Shown here piece after piece: positions 29,704-39,116 of a DNA stretch of 64,000 nt (within the stretch, counting starts at the first letter, position 1; every line of letters starts with the position of its first letter). Position numbers and translations under genes: made by a program. The stretch is taken from sequence record DRR723986_585. One strand, given 5' to 3'. Under the pieces are notes generated by a model. The model worked only from the letters and a program-made list of their open reading frames with translations, had not been told where the DNA came from and made no database searches.

Positions 29704-30615
29704 TTAATTCAACTTATTTACTTCTAAAAACTTTATTATTTCTTGAATTGCTGAAGGCTCAAACCAATTGATGTCTTCGTTTTTTCTAAACCATGTCAAC
29801 TGACGTTTCGCATAATGTCTTGAATTTCTTTTGATTAATCGAACAGCTTCTTCGTAATCATGCTTGTTTTCAAAGTAGTCAAAAAACTCTGTATATCCCA
29901 CTGTTTTTAAAGCTTTCTGTTCTTTATGCTTTGTCAAGTTTTTAACTTCATCTTCCAGGCCAGCTTCTAGCATTTCATCTACTCTTGCGTTTATGCGATC
30001 GTATAAGGTTTCCATTTCTGAATGCAGGCCAATCCAAGTGGTGTGAAAGGATCTTTCCTTTTTAGTCTTTGATCTGAAAGAAGAGTAGGGTTTCCCCGTT
30101 ATTTTAAATACTTCAATTGCGCGCATTAATCGTCTTGGATTTTGAATATCTGCTGATTGAAAGTATTCTGGATCAATTTTTTTTACTTCTTCTTGTAATG
30201 ATGAAATACCGTTTTGTTCAAGCTCCTTTTTCAGTATATCCCTTATTGATTCATCTTTAGGGATGTCATCAATTCCATAAACTAAACCATTGATGTATAA
30301 ACCGCTTCCTCCAACTGCGATACAATAATCGTGAGTTTGGTAGATCTTTTCTAGACATGCTAAAGCGTCTTGCTCAAACATCCCTGCTGTGTAAAGATTT
30401 GAAATTGATCGTGAATTGATAAAATGATGCTCGGCTTGAGCTAATTCGTCCGAAGTTGGCTTTGCCGTTCCAATGGACATCTCCTTATAAAACTGTCTTG
30501 AATCGAAGGATAAAATGGGGCAATTAAAATGTTCTGCCAATCGAATGCTCAAGGCCGTTTTTCCTATGGCCGTTGGGCCAGCAATGACGATTAAGTTCTT
30601 TTTTAACTCAGCCAT
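29704..30615 (-). CDS. miaA: tRNA dimethylallyltransferase
   Basis: GPTAIGKT, DSRQ, IGTAKP, GGSGLY and YAKRQLTWF motifs. Confidence 0.96.
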   Translation of the reverse strand: MAELKKNLIVIAGPTAIGKTALSIRLAEHFNCPILSFDSRQFYKEMSIGTAKPTSDELAQAEHHFINSRSISNLYTAGMFEQDALACLEKIYQTHDYCIAVGGSGLYINGLVYGIDDIPKDESIRDILKKELEQNGISSLQEEVKKIDPEYFQSADIQNPRRLMRAIEVFKITGKPYSSFRSKTKKERSFHTTWIGLHSEMETLYDRINARVDEMLEAGLEDEVKNLTKHKEQKALKTVGYTEFFDYFENKHDYEEAVRLIKRNSRHYAKRQLTWFRKNEDINWFEPSAIQEIIKFLEVNKLN

Positions 30616-31268
30616 TCATCAACAAGCTCACGGATGCAACCGTGACCTCCATTTTTTCTAAGTACAATATCAACTTTTGATTTGATTGAAGGAGTAGCGT
30701 CAGCAGGACACGCAGATATATTTACTGCTTCTATTATATCTAAATCGTTGATGTCATCCCCAACAAAAACAGTGTTTTCTAAAGTCAGATTTAATTCATC
30801 TAACCATGCGTTTAAAATACCCAACTTTGGTTCAGAGCCCACGTAAACGTGACTTATTCCTAGTAAATCTGCCCGGTCTTGAACAACTTTTAGTTTTTTG
30901 CCATGTGAAATGATTCCAAAATGGACGCCTTTATTTACCATTGCTTTGATGGCAATTCCGTCTTTGGCATTATATCGCTTAATTTGATCGCCATTTTCAG
31001 TGAAAAACATGCCGCCATCAGTCATTGTGCCATCAACATCTAAAATGATGAATTTCACCTTTGATTTATCAACTTTGTTGAGCTGCTTTAAGTCCTTTAA
31101 CACAATGACATCTAAGGGTAAATTAAAGTATTCGGCAATCCTTACCAGCTCATTTGGAGTTGGGTCCATTATGCGAACTTTGGGAATGTAAATGATATTC
31201 TCAAATTCAGTTACCGAAATTCCTTGCTTTTCACAAAGGTGTAGTATGTTACTATTGTAAATGTTCAT
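30603..31268 (-). CDS. KdsC-family HAD phosphatase with N-terminal XRE/Cro-like helical domain
   Basis: DVDGTMTDG, KDG, GDDIND and GGHGCIRE motifs; first ~60 aa resemble an XRE HTH (..P..ELVRIAEYFNLPLD). Confidence 0.85.
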   Translation of the reverse strand: MNIYNSNILHLCEKQGISVTEFENIIYIPKVRIMDPTPNELVRIAEYFNLPLDVIVLKDLKQLNKVDKSKVKFIILDVDGTMTDGGMFFTENGDQIKRYNAKDGIAIKAMVNKGVHFGIISHGKKLKVVQDRADLLGISHVYVGSEPKLGILNAWLDELNLTLENTVFVGDDINDLDIIEAVNISACPADATPSIKSKVDIVLRKNGGHGCIRELVDEWLS

Positions 31269-31284
31269 TGTTGAATGGAATTAA

Positions 31285-32283
31285 TTATACAATATTCATC
31301 CCAACTGCAGTTGCTACAGGTTGAAGTGTTTTTACCAAAGCTTTAAATTCTTCATGATCTAGCTGTTGAGAGGCATCCGACTTCGCTAATTTTGGAGTAG
31401 GGTGTACTTCAATTAAAAGACCGTCAATCCCCATAGCAATACAAGCTCTAGTCAAATCTGGAACGCCGTAAGCATGTCCCATTGCATGAGATGGATCTAA
31501 TACAACCGGAAGGTTAGTATGTTCTTTCAAATAAGAAACGCCGCAAAGATCTAAAGTAAAACGCGTCTTCGTTTCAAACGTCCTAATTCCACGCTCACAC
31601 AGCACCACATTCTCATTCCCACCAGATAAAACGAATTCAGCACATTGAACAAATTCTTGTAAAGTTGTTCCGAATCCACGTTTAATTAAAACTGGTTTTT
31701 GTGTTTTTGCACAGGCTCTTAAAATTCCTTGATCATACATGGCTTTTGCACCGACTTGAATTACATCTGAATATTCAATGACTTCTTGTACATGCGTAGC
31801 GTCACGAACCTCAGTGATAACTGTTAAGCCGTGCTCTTCGTTCATTTTCTTTAGCAGTTTCAACCCTTCTAATCCAAGTCCTTGAAAACTGTAAGGTGAA
31901 GTTCTTGGTTTATAGCATCCACCTCTTAAAGTTGTTAAATTCAAAGATTTTAAGAGAGCTGAAGATTCCTGAATTTGAGCTTCTGACTCAACTGAACAGG
32001 GACCCGCAATCAATAAGGTGTTTTTAGAATTTCCACCAATCGTAACGTTGCCGATTTTTACGGCTCTTGTTTCATCTAAATACTGTCTTGAAGACAATTG
32101 CATGTCGTTGTCAAAAACGAAGGTTGCTAAAGTTTCATCATTGTATTTAGGATCAAGGTTTTTTTGACCAGATGAAGAAATTAACACAAACTTGTCTGTT
32201 TTCTTAATTAAAAAAGCGTTGTTCTCTTTTGCAATTTGATTCGCTCTTTCAGCTCCTATTCCTTTTTTTAATTCTATTATCAT
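31285..32283 (-). CDS. class I-beta DAH7P synthase-like aldolase
   Basis: IAGPCSVE, KPRTSPYSFQGLG, LCERGIRTF, DPSH, EVHP and SD motifs. Confidence 0.85.
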   Translation of the reverse strand: MIIELKKGIGAERANQIAKENNAFLIKKTDKFVLISSSGQKNLDPKYNDETLATFVFDNDMQLSSRQYLDETRAVKIGNVTIGGNSKNTLLIAGPCSVESEAQIQESSALLKSLNLTTLRGGCYKPRTSPYSFQGLGLEGLKLLKKMNEEHGLTVITEVRDATHVQEVIEYSDVIQVGAKAMYDQGILRACAKTQKPVLIKRGFGTTLQEFVQCAEFVLSGGNENVVLCERGIRTFETKTRFTLDLCGVSYLKEHTNLPVVLDPSHAMGHAYGVPDLTRACIAMGIDGLLIEVHPTPKLAKSDASQQLDHEEFKALVKTLQPVATAVGMNIV

Positions 32284-33293
32284 ATTTCTCCTTTGATCAA
32301 GTTCATGAAGCTAATGCTACCTAAGCCTTGTCCGTTTTCGTTTATTACTGGTAGATACACCACCGTTTTACTTTCTTTTTTAATGAATCTTAAAAGTTGA
32401 TAAACTGTGTATGTTCCTTTTACTGTCAGTGGGTTTTGATTAATGATTTCCTTGACGTCAATATTGTTTAAATTATCAATTGATTTTAGAAATCCTTGAC
32501 GCAAATCTGCGTTGCCAATAATACCTTTGAATGATTGATTTTTATCCAATACCATTACAAAACCAAGCTTGCCGGCATTCATTACTTCCAAAACATTTTT
32601 CATGTTTAACTGGTCATCATAAACCACTGGAGATTCATCCAAATCTCTCATAAAATCTTGTACCAAAAAATGCGACTCAACTTCGTTTAATTTCAAATTC
32701 AACAAAGCCGTATTGATATTAGCTGAATTGAACAGGTATGAGCCAGAAACAGAAGCATAAACTCCCATGTTTCTTAAAATAAAAGATACTTCAGCATTTA
32801 CACCTCCGTCAACATGCACCTTTTTATTAGGATATTTCGCCTGAAAAGCACGAATTTTTCTAAAGTTCGATTTGTCAAATTTTCCCCCAGACTGCCCTGG
32901 AATAGTGGCCATGAATAAAATGAAATCAAAATCTTCAGCATACTGATCAAATACATCAATACTCGTGTCTGAAGTGATCGCCAATCCAAGTTGTCCAGTG
33001 AATTCTTTCGGGATTGCCAATTCTTTATCCTCTAAATCTTCATATTGAAACGTCACATATTCAATATCAAATGTTTCTAATGCAGGATAAAACCTTTTAG
33101 GATGAGATGTGATGATATGCAAATCAATTGGAATAATAGAGTTTTGCTGAATTTTCTCTATATCTGCAAACACATTCAAGTCATCATTGCAATCAACATG
33201 AATCATGTCTACGTGACTATCATTTAAATTGGAAATGGTTGTTTCAATTCCCTGTGTTTCTTTATCTGAATATATTGATGCGGATATTTTCAT
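32280..33293 (-). CDS. ribulose-phosphate 3-epimerase-like domain fused to a CBS pair
   Basis: ISASI, HVD, DLH, MATIPGQSGGKF, VDGG and SGSYLF motifs, then VQDFM...GIIGNADLR...NPLTV...LPVIN CBS pair. Confidence 0.8.
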   Translation of the reverse strand: MKISASIYSDKETQGIETTISNLNDSHVDMIHVDCNDDLNVFADIEKIQQNSIIPIDLHIITSHPKRFYPALETFDIEYVTFQYEDLEDKELAIPKEFTGQLGLAITSDTSIDVFDQYAEDFDFILFMATIPGQSGGKFDKSNFRKIRAFQAKYPNKKVHVDGGVNAEVSFILRNMGVYASVSGSYLFNSANINTALLNLKLNEVESHFLVQDFMRDLDESPVVYDDQLNMKNVLEVMNAGKLGFVMVLDKNQSFKGIIGNADLRQGFLKSIDNLNNIDVKEIINQNPLTVKGTYTVYQLLRFIKKESKTVVYLPVINENGQGLGSISFMNLIKGEI

Positions 33294-33691
33294 GAATCTA
33301 TTGGTACGAAATTTTCATTGCAGATTTCAATTCTAAAATTCAAATCCTTATAAACTTTTGTTTTTAAATCTCTCTCTAATGAACTGATATTATATTTCTG
33401 ATCTTCAGGAATGCTTTGTTTATTGTCTGATACTATCATTTTCATGATAAATCCTGGATTTTCACTACCCATGCTTGAACTTGTAAGTTGAATAGAATGT
33501 GGTTTTTCTTGAATTAAATTATTGGTCTCAAAATAATCCGCAACCGGTTCAACATATTTTGAGCAATCTTCTGTATAGAATATTTCAAGATTCCCTTTGG
33601 TATATTTCTCACCATAAGATGCTTGACAAGAAATCAATAATCCTAAAGGCATCAAACAGAAAAAGAGATATAGTTGTGTAAATTTGCTCAC
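33290..33691 (-). CDS. hypothetical lipoprotein
   Basis: GTG start; lipobox LISC. Confidence 0.6.
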   Translation of the reverse strand: MSKFTQLYLFFCLMPLGLLISCQASYGEKYTKGNLEIFYTEDCSKYVEPVADYFETNNLIQEKPHSIQLTSSSMGSENPGFIMKMIVSDNKQSIPEDQKYNISSLERDLKTKVYKDLNFRIEICNENFVPIDS

Positions 33692-33721
33692 GTATTATTC
33701 AATAGGGTAAAGATAAAACTT

Positions 33722-34561
33722 ATGATTGACTTTAAGGATAAGATTTACATTGGAAGTAATGAACGAAAATCTCTTTATGATTGTACAATTCCTGTCGAAC
33801 CTCATGCTGTAATTGTATTTGTTCATGGTTATAAAGGATATAAAGATTGGGGAGCTTGGAATTTGATGCAAGATAATTTTGTTTCGAAAGGATATGGATT
33901 TGTGAAATTTAATATGTCGCATAATGGTGGAACAGTGGAGGAGAAAATTGATTTTCCTGATTTAAATGCATTTGGAGAGAATCGCTATTCTTATGAAATA
34001 AATGATCTCAATTCTATAATTAATGAAGTTGATCGACTAATGACCTTTGAACTAGAATTGAATTGTCCAATATATGTATTGGGTCACAGTAGAGGAGGGG
34101 GCGTGGCAATTTTAACGGCTATGCACAACGAGAAAATTAAAGGGATCGTTTCTCTTGCCGGAATATCTGATATTCCCTCTCGATTTCCAGAAGGCGATCT
34201 GTTAAAAGAATGGCAAACCGATAAAGTGATGTATGTTGAGAATGGAAGAACCAAACAACAAATGCCGCATTTTATCTCGTTTTATGAGGATTATCTAGAA
34301 TTTCAGTCTGAGTTGAATATTGAAGAAGCTTGCAGAGATTTAAAAGTTCCTTTTTTACAAATTCATGGTGATATGGATTTAGCCGTTTCTATTTCTGAAG
34401 GTCTAGCAATTGCTGATTGGACGGATACAGAAGTGAAAATAATTAAAGGAGCTGAGCACACATTTGGTACTTATCATCCATATGAAAAAAATGAGTTACC
34501 AGAAGAAATGATTGAGGTAATTGAAGCCTGTCTACAATTCTTTAGTAGACTGCCATCTTAA
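33722..34561 (+). CDS. alpha/beta hydrolase
   Basis: HGYKG, GHSRGG, HGDMD and AEHTF motifs. Confidence 0.88.
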   Translation: MIDFKDKIYIGSNERKSLYDCTIPVEPHAVIVFVHGYKGYKDWGAWNLMQDNFVSKGYGFVKFNMSHNGGTVEEKIDFPDLNAFGENRYSYEINDLNSIINEVDRLMTFELELNCPIYVLGHSRGGGVAILTAMHNEKIKGIVSLAGISDIPSRFPEGDLLKEWQTDKVMYVENGRTKQQMPHFISFYEDYLEFQSELNIEEACRDLKVPFLQIHGDMDLAVSISEGLAIADWTDTEVKIIKGAEHTFGTYHPYEKNELPEEMIEVIEACLQFFSRLPS

Positions 34562-36020
34562 CCATCAAGGTCTCAAAATATTTTTTAATTTGAGTATTTG
34601 AACAAGTGTGATTATTGATGATCATTGCGTAGGCTAACTTTTTTCCACTTTTTGAATCAACATATCCAGCATAAGATTTGATTCTAGTCATGGTTCCACT
34701 TTTACCATAAACTCTGCCTGCAGCAGCAGTACCCCTGCACATTCCTGACATAGTACCTCTTTTACCCGCCAGAGCCATACTATTCTTTAGGGCACTTCCT
34801 GTGTTTTGTTTGTGCATAAATGTGAGCATATCCACCAAAAATTTTGCACTAACTGAGTTTGAACGTGATAATCCGCTACCGTCTGTCATATTAAGGCCTG
34901 CCGCTCCAATCTTTCCCGACCAGTACTTTTCACAGGCCAGTGCACCATTATAGGTACTACCGTATCCTGCTCTTTTCACCGAAATTTGACATAAAATATG
35001 TTCAGCAAACAAATTGATACTATTTCTATTTGTGATGTTAATAATGGATAAAAGAGAAGGTGATTTATGAGTGTAAAGAAGATTAAGTTCCGGTTTTTCA
35101 AAAGGCTGTCCCTGAGTCAATTCTCGCATGGTTACTGGGGCATATAAAATGTCAATCCCGTTTTGTTCAAGGATATAATCCAGCTCAATTCCCGCAACGA
35201 GCTCTGGATCAGGAATACTCGCTCTAACCCCAAAGTCTTCCTGACCTTTAGGTATTGAGCCTCTTACAAACCAATCTGTTGACCAAGGAGCACCATATAC
35301 ATATGCATTGTCTTTTTTAGAGTCTGCTGCTTTCACATAATTTCTAATGTTAATTCCAGGGATATATGGACTTGTGCATATGATTGTAGTTGAATCTCCA
35401 GCGTTTGGTCCAGTCTTAAAATGGTAGGTACATAAGTTGTCAAAAATCGTTAGTCCCGCAGGACCAGCTCCATAATAATTACCCATATCTCCCCAGATCC
35501 AACCTGAAGGGGCGCCCTGGTAAGAGTAAATTGAACCGTCTGCAATTACTCTACCTACAACTTTCTTAATGCCTAGAGCAACCAGAGTATCTGCCCACTC
35601 TTGTAAAAAATCAGATTGATGCCCTTCCTTATTAAAATATTTTGAACCAAGTGTTGGATCACCTCCGCCAATGAGATAAATATCTCCATACAAAGTACCG
35701 TTGGTATCAATTTCACCAGAATACATAATTTCGGTTTTAAAACGATAACCTGAGCCAACCATTTGAAGAGCACTGGCTGTCGAAACTAGTTTCATTGTTG
35801 ATGCAGAAGGGATGCTCATATTAGAATTGCAATCCGCAATGACATCTCCGGTGATCATGTTTTTGACATAAAAACTGAAGGCAGAATTTTTCAAAGTCTT
35901 ATAAGTCATCATTTCATCAGCCCTCGACTGAATAGCGTTTTGGGGCTTAGTGTCTTCAGTTTGAGCAGAAACTCTAAAAATTGAAAATCCTAAAAAAATA
36001 CAAAGAAATAAATGCTTCAT
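34542..36020 (-). CDS. dacB: D-alanyl-D-alanine carboxypeptidase/endopeptidase (PBP4, S13)
   Basis: PSASTMK, GGGDP, SIN, DGSGLSR and GKSG motifs. Confidence 0.92.
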   Translation of the reverse strand: MKHLFLCIFLGFSIFRVSAQTEDTKPQNAIQSRADEMMTYKTLKNSAFSFYVKNMITGDVIADCNSNMSIPSASTMKLVSTASALQMVGSGYRFKTEIMYSGEIDTNGTLYGDIYLIGGGDPTLGSKYFNKEGHQSDFLQEWADTLVALGIKKVVGRVIADGSIYSYQGAPSGWIWGDMGNYYGAGPAGLTIFDNLCTYHFKTGPNAGDSTTIICTSPYIPGINIRNYVKAADSKKDNAYVYGAPWSTDWFVRGSIPKGQEDFGVRASIPDPELVAGIELDYILEQNGIDILYAPVTMRELTQGQPFEKPELNLLYTHKSPSLLSIINITNRNSINLFAEHILCQISVKRAGYGSTYNGALACEKYWSGKIGAAGLNMTDGSGLSRSNSVSAKFLVDMLTFMHKQNTGSALKNSMALAGKRGTMSGMCRGTAAAGRVYGKSGTMTRIKSYAGYVDSKSGKKLAYAMIINNHTCSNTQIKKYFETLMVKMAVY

Positions 36021-36074
36021 TTTACTATTAATGCCTAGTTACAAGTTATATTTGTCAATCTAAAAGTAGAAACT

Positions 36075-37931
36075 TTGTGCGGGATAATTGGTATATGGGC
36101 AAAAAATAAAGAAGGAGAAAAATCCTTCGACCAATTAGATGCTGCTGTTTTATCAATGAGACACAGAGGTCCTGATGTTCAGAACAGCAAGAGACATGCC
36201 AATGTTGCCTTGGGACATGCCCGTTTATCTATCATTGACACTACTTCCCATGGAAATCAACCCATGGTGGATGCCACGGGAAAGTATGAACTCATCTTCA
36301 ATGGTGAAATATATAATTTTCAAGAATTAAAGTTAGAGTTAATAGATAAGGGAGTTGAATTTCAGTCAAACTCGGATACTGAAGTGCTGTTATATTTGCT
36401 CATAAAAGAGGGCAAAAATGCCGTACATAGGTTAAATGGATTTTTTTCATTCGTATTTTACAATTTAGAAAGAAATGAGGTGATATTTGCCAGAGACTCA
36501 ATGGGCATCAAACCTTTGATTCTGTATGAAGATGGCGACAAAATCATTTTGTGCTCTGAGTTATCTTCTCTTTTCCAGTTTGAGATTGATAAATCCATTG
36601 ATGCGGCAGCCTTGAATCATTATTTGGGCTTAACGTATATTCCTGCAGATCACACGATTTTAGAGCAAGCGTTCAAAATTGCACCGGGCGAAGTAGGAAC
36701 TATAATTGATGGAAGTGTTTCGATAAAGAAATATGCCAAATTACAACGAAATCCCTATATAAAACTCACCTATCCTGACGCAGTTAGTGAGTTAAAAAGC
36801 TTGGTTCAAGAGTCTGTGCGGAAAAGATTAGTGTCTGATGTGTCTTTGGGCTGTTTTTTAAGCGGAGGGGTTGATTCTTCTATCATCTCAGCAGTTGCTA
36901 AGAAGTCAATAAGCGATTTAGAAACGTTTTCGATTGGATTCGATCACCCTCATTTTGATGAAACTTCCTACTCAAGAATGGTGGCTGAACATATAGGGTC
37001 AAAGCATCATGAATTTATACTTTCTAAAGCTGATTTTGAGGATGAGTTTGAGAATTTTTTGGATTGTATAGATGAGCCTTTTGCTGATTCATCAGCCTTT
37101 GCTTCTTACTTTTTAGCTAAAAAAACTCGCAATCATGTTACCGTGGCTCTGAGTGGGGATGGAGCAGATGAATTGTTTGCAGGCTATAACAAACACAGGG
37201 CCTTGTTGCGATCTACTAAAACAAGTAAACGAGATAAAGTATTGATCAATTTGGCATCAAAGGTATTGAAGCCTTCAGAAGTTAGTAGATCAAGTTCTTT
37301 TGGAGATTTTAATAGGAAGATTCAGAAAATGAACAGTGGTTTAAAATTAGATATTGAATCGCGCTATTGGCATTGGTGCCACTTTACGTCTATTGAAGAT
37401 GTAGTTAACGTTCTGAAAAGCGAACATTATAGAGAGATTAATTGGGAAGGATACGAAGTGCGAGATGTGAGTGATTCACTTATTGCCGATCAACAGTATG
37501 TGCTTCCAAATGACATGTTGAAGAAAGTGGACTTAACGAGTATGGCAAATTCTCTTGAAGTAAGAACTCCATTTTTGGATCGATCAATAGTTGATTTTGC
37601 CAATTCATTACCTCTAGATTTTAAACTCGACAAGAAAACTTCTAAAAAAATCTTGAAACATGCCTTTGAAGATGATCTGCCTGAAGAAATTTTGTATCGA
37701 AAGAAAAGAGGATTTGAAATTCCGATTCAACTTTGGTTGGGAGATAAAATTGAATCCATGTTGAATTCTGAGATTTTTTCAGAAGAATTCATAGAGGAGC
37801 AGGGCATATTTAAATATGACGGCATAGCAGATTTAATAAAAATAGGTCGTTCTAAGAAGTTTGGAGATAAAATTTATTTACTCTGGTCATTGATTGTTTT
37901 TCAATCGTGGTGGAAAAAATACATGGTCTAA
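36075..37931 (+). CDS. asnB: glutamine-dependent amidotransferase (asparagine synthase family), probably glycan-modifying
   Basis: N-terminal CGI, HRGPD, LSGGVDSS, SGDGADELFAGY and EVRTPFLD motifs; located in the EPS cluster. Confidence 0.9.
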   Translation: MCGIIGIWAKNKEGEKSFDQLDAAVLSMRHRGPDVQNSKRHANVALGHARLSIIDTTSHGNQPMVDATGKYELIFNGEIYNFQELKLELIDKGVEFQSNSDTEVLLYLLIKEGKNAVHRLNGFFSFVFYNLERNEVIFARDSMGIKPLILYEDGDKIILCSELSSLFQFEIDKSIDAAALNHYLGLTYIPADHTILEQAFKIAPGEVGTIIDGSVSIKKYAKLQRNPYIKLTYPDAVSELKSLVQESVRKRLVSDVSLGCFLSGGVDSSIISAVAKKSISDLETFSIGFDHPHFDETSYSRMVAEHIGSKHHEFILSKADFEDEFENFLDCIDEPFADSSAFASYFLAKKTRNHVTVALSGDGADELFAGYNKHRALLRSTKTSKRDKVLINLASKVLKPSEVSRSSSFGDFNRKIQKMNSGLKLDIESRYWHWCHFTSIEDVVNVLKSEHYREINWEGYEVRDVSDSLIADQQYVLPNDMLKKVDLTSMANSLEVRTPFLDRSIVDFANSLPLDFKLDKKTSKKILKHAFEDDLPEEILYRKKRGFEIPIQLWLGDKIESMLNSEIFSEEFIEEQGIFKYDGIADLIKIGRSKKFGDKIYLLWSLIVFQSWWKKYMV

Positions 37932-39116
37932 ATGAAGATTAGAGTTTTAAGAATTATCAATAGATTCAATTTAGGTGGGCCAACCTATAACGCCACTTAT
38001 CTTTCGGCTTATTTGTCTGATCAATTTGAAACTAAGTTGATTGGAGGTAAACACGAAAAACATGAAGGCGGCTCTAGTTTTATTCCAGAAAGTCATGGGG
38101 TAACGGTTGAATTTATTGATGAATTACAACGAGAAATTAGCCCTGCAAAAGACGCTAAAGCTGTAAAAAAAATTAGACAAATCATTCGGGAATTTCAGCC
38201 GCATATCGTGCATACACATGCTTCTAAATCAGGATTTATTGGTCGTTTAGCAGCTTCGAAAGAAAAGGTGCCCGTAATTGTTCATACCTTTCATGGTCAT
38301 GTGTTCCATTCATACTTCAATAAAGTTAAAACCAACTTATATAAGCAGATTGAAAAGCAGATGGCTAAAAAATCTGATGCGATAATTGTTATCTCCAAAG
38401 AACAACACAAAGAACTGGTCCATGAACTTAGTGTGGTGCCTGAAGAGAAGGCTCATATTGTCAAGTTAGGATTTGATTTAAGCCGTTTTCAAGAAAATTT
38501 GGTTTCAAAAAAAGAGTCGTTTAGACAAAAATATGAATTGGATTCGGACGAGATAGTTGTTGGAATAATCGGGCGTTTAACAGCGATTAAGAATCATGAT
38601 CTTTTCATTGAAGCTGCGAACAGGGCTTCGCAAATGACTGATAAAAAAGTGAAGTTCTTAATCATTGGAGACGGCGAAGAGCGTGCAAGACTTGAGCAAT
38701 TGGTTCAAGACAAAAAACAATTGAATCCAAAGCTTGAAATCTTGTTCACTTCTTGGATAAAAGAAATTGATTGGGCACTTGCAGGATTGGATGTTGTGGC
38801 CTTATCAAGTTTTAATGAAGGTACTCCAGTGAGTTTGATTGAGGCCCAAGCAGCAGGAGTTCCTGTGTTAACAACAAACGTTGGTGGCGTTGTTGACGTT
38901 GTAAATGATAATGAAACGGGATTTATTGTTCCCAAAAATGATCTTGATAAGTTTACGGATAAACTGAATGTTTTGATTAATTCGAAAGAAAAACGTCAAA
39001 ATATGTCACAAAATGGTTGGAATCACGTAAAGAATGAATTCAGTTATACGCGTCTGTGTTCAGATGTTGAAAGACTGTATTTGGAATTACTGAAAAAGAA
39101 GAATATAATAGAATGA
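37932..39116 (+). CDS. GT4 glycosyltransferase
   Basis: HTFHGH and EGTPVSLIEA motifs. Confidence 0.9.
   Translation: MKIRVLRIINRFNLGGPTYNATYLSAYLSDQFETKLIGGKHEKHEGGSSFIPESHGVTVEFIDELQREISPAKDAKAVKKIRQIIREFQPHIVHTHASKSGFIGRLAASKEKVPVIVHTFHGHVFHSYFNKVKTNLYKQIEKQMAKKSDAIIVISKEQHKELVHELSVVPEEKAHIVKLGFDLSRFQENLVSKKESFRQKYELDSDEIVVGIIGRLTAIKNHDLFIEAANRASQMTDKKVKFLIIGDGEERARLEQLVQDKKQLNPKLEILFTSWIKEIDWALAGLDVVALSSFNEGTPVSLIEAQAAGVPVLTTNVGGVVDVVNDNETGFIVPKNDLDKFTDKLNVLINSKEKRQNMSQNGWNHVKNEFSYTRLCSDVERLYLELLKKKNIIE

Noticed and set aside
31285-32283. Calling this gene kdsA because it is next to a kdsC-like gene
   Set aside because: It has KPRT rather than the KANRS motif of KDO8P synthases; left unnamed.
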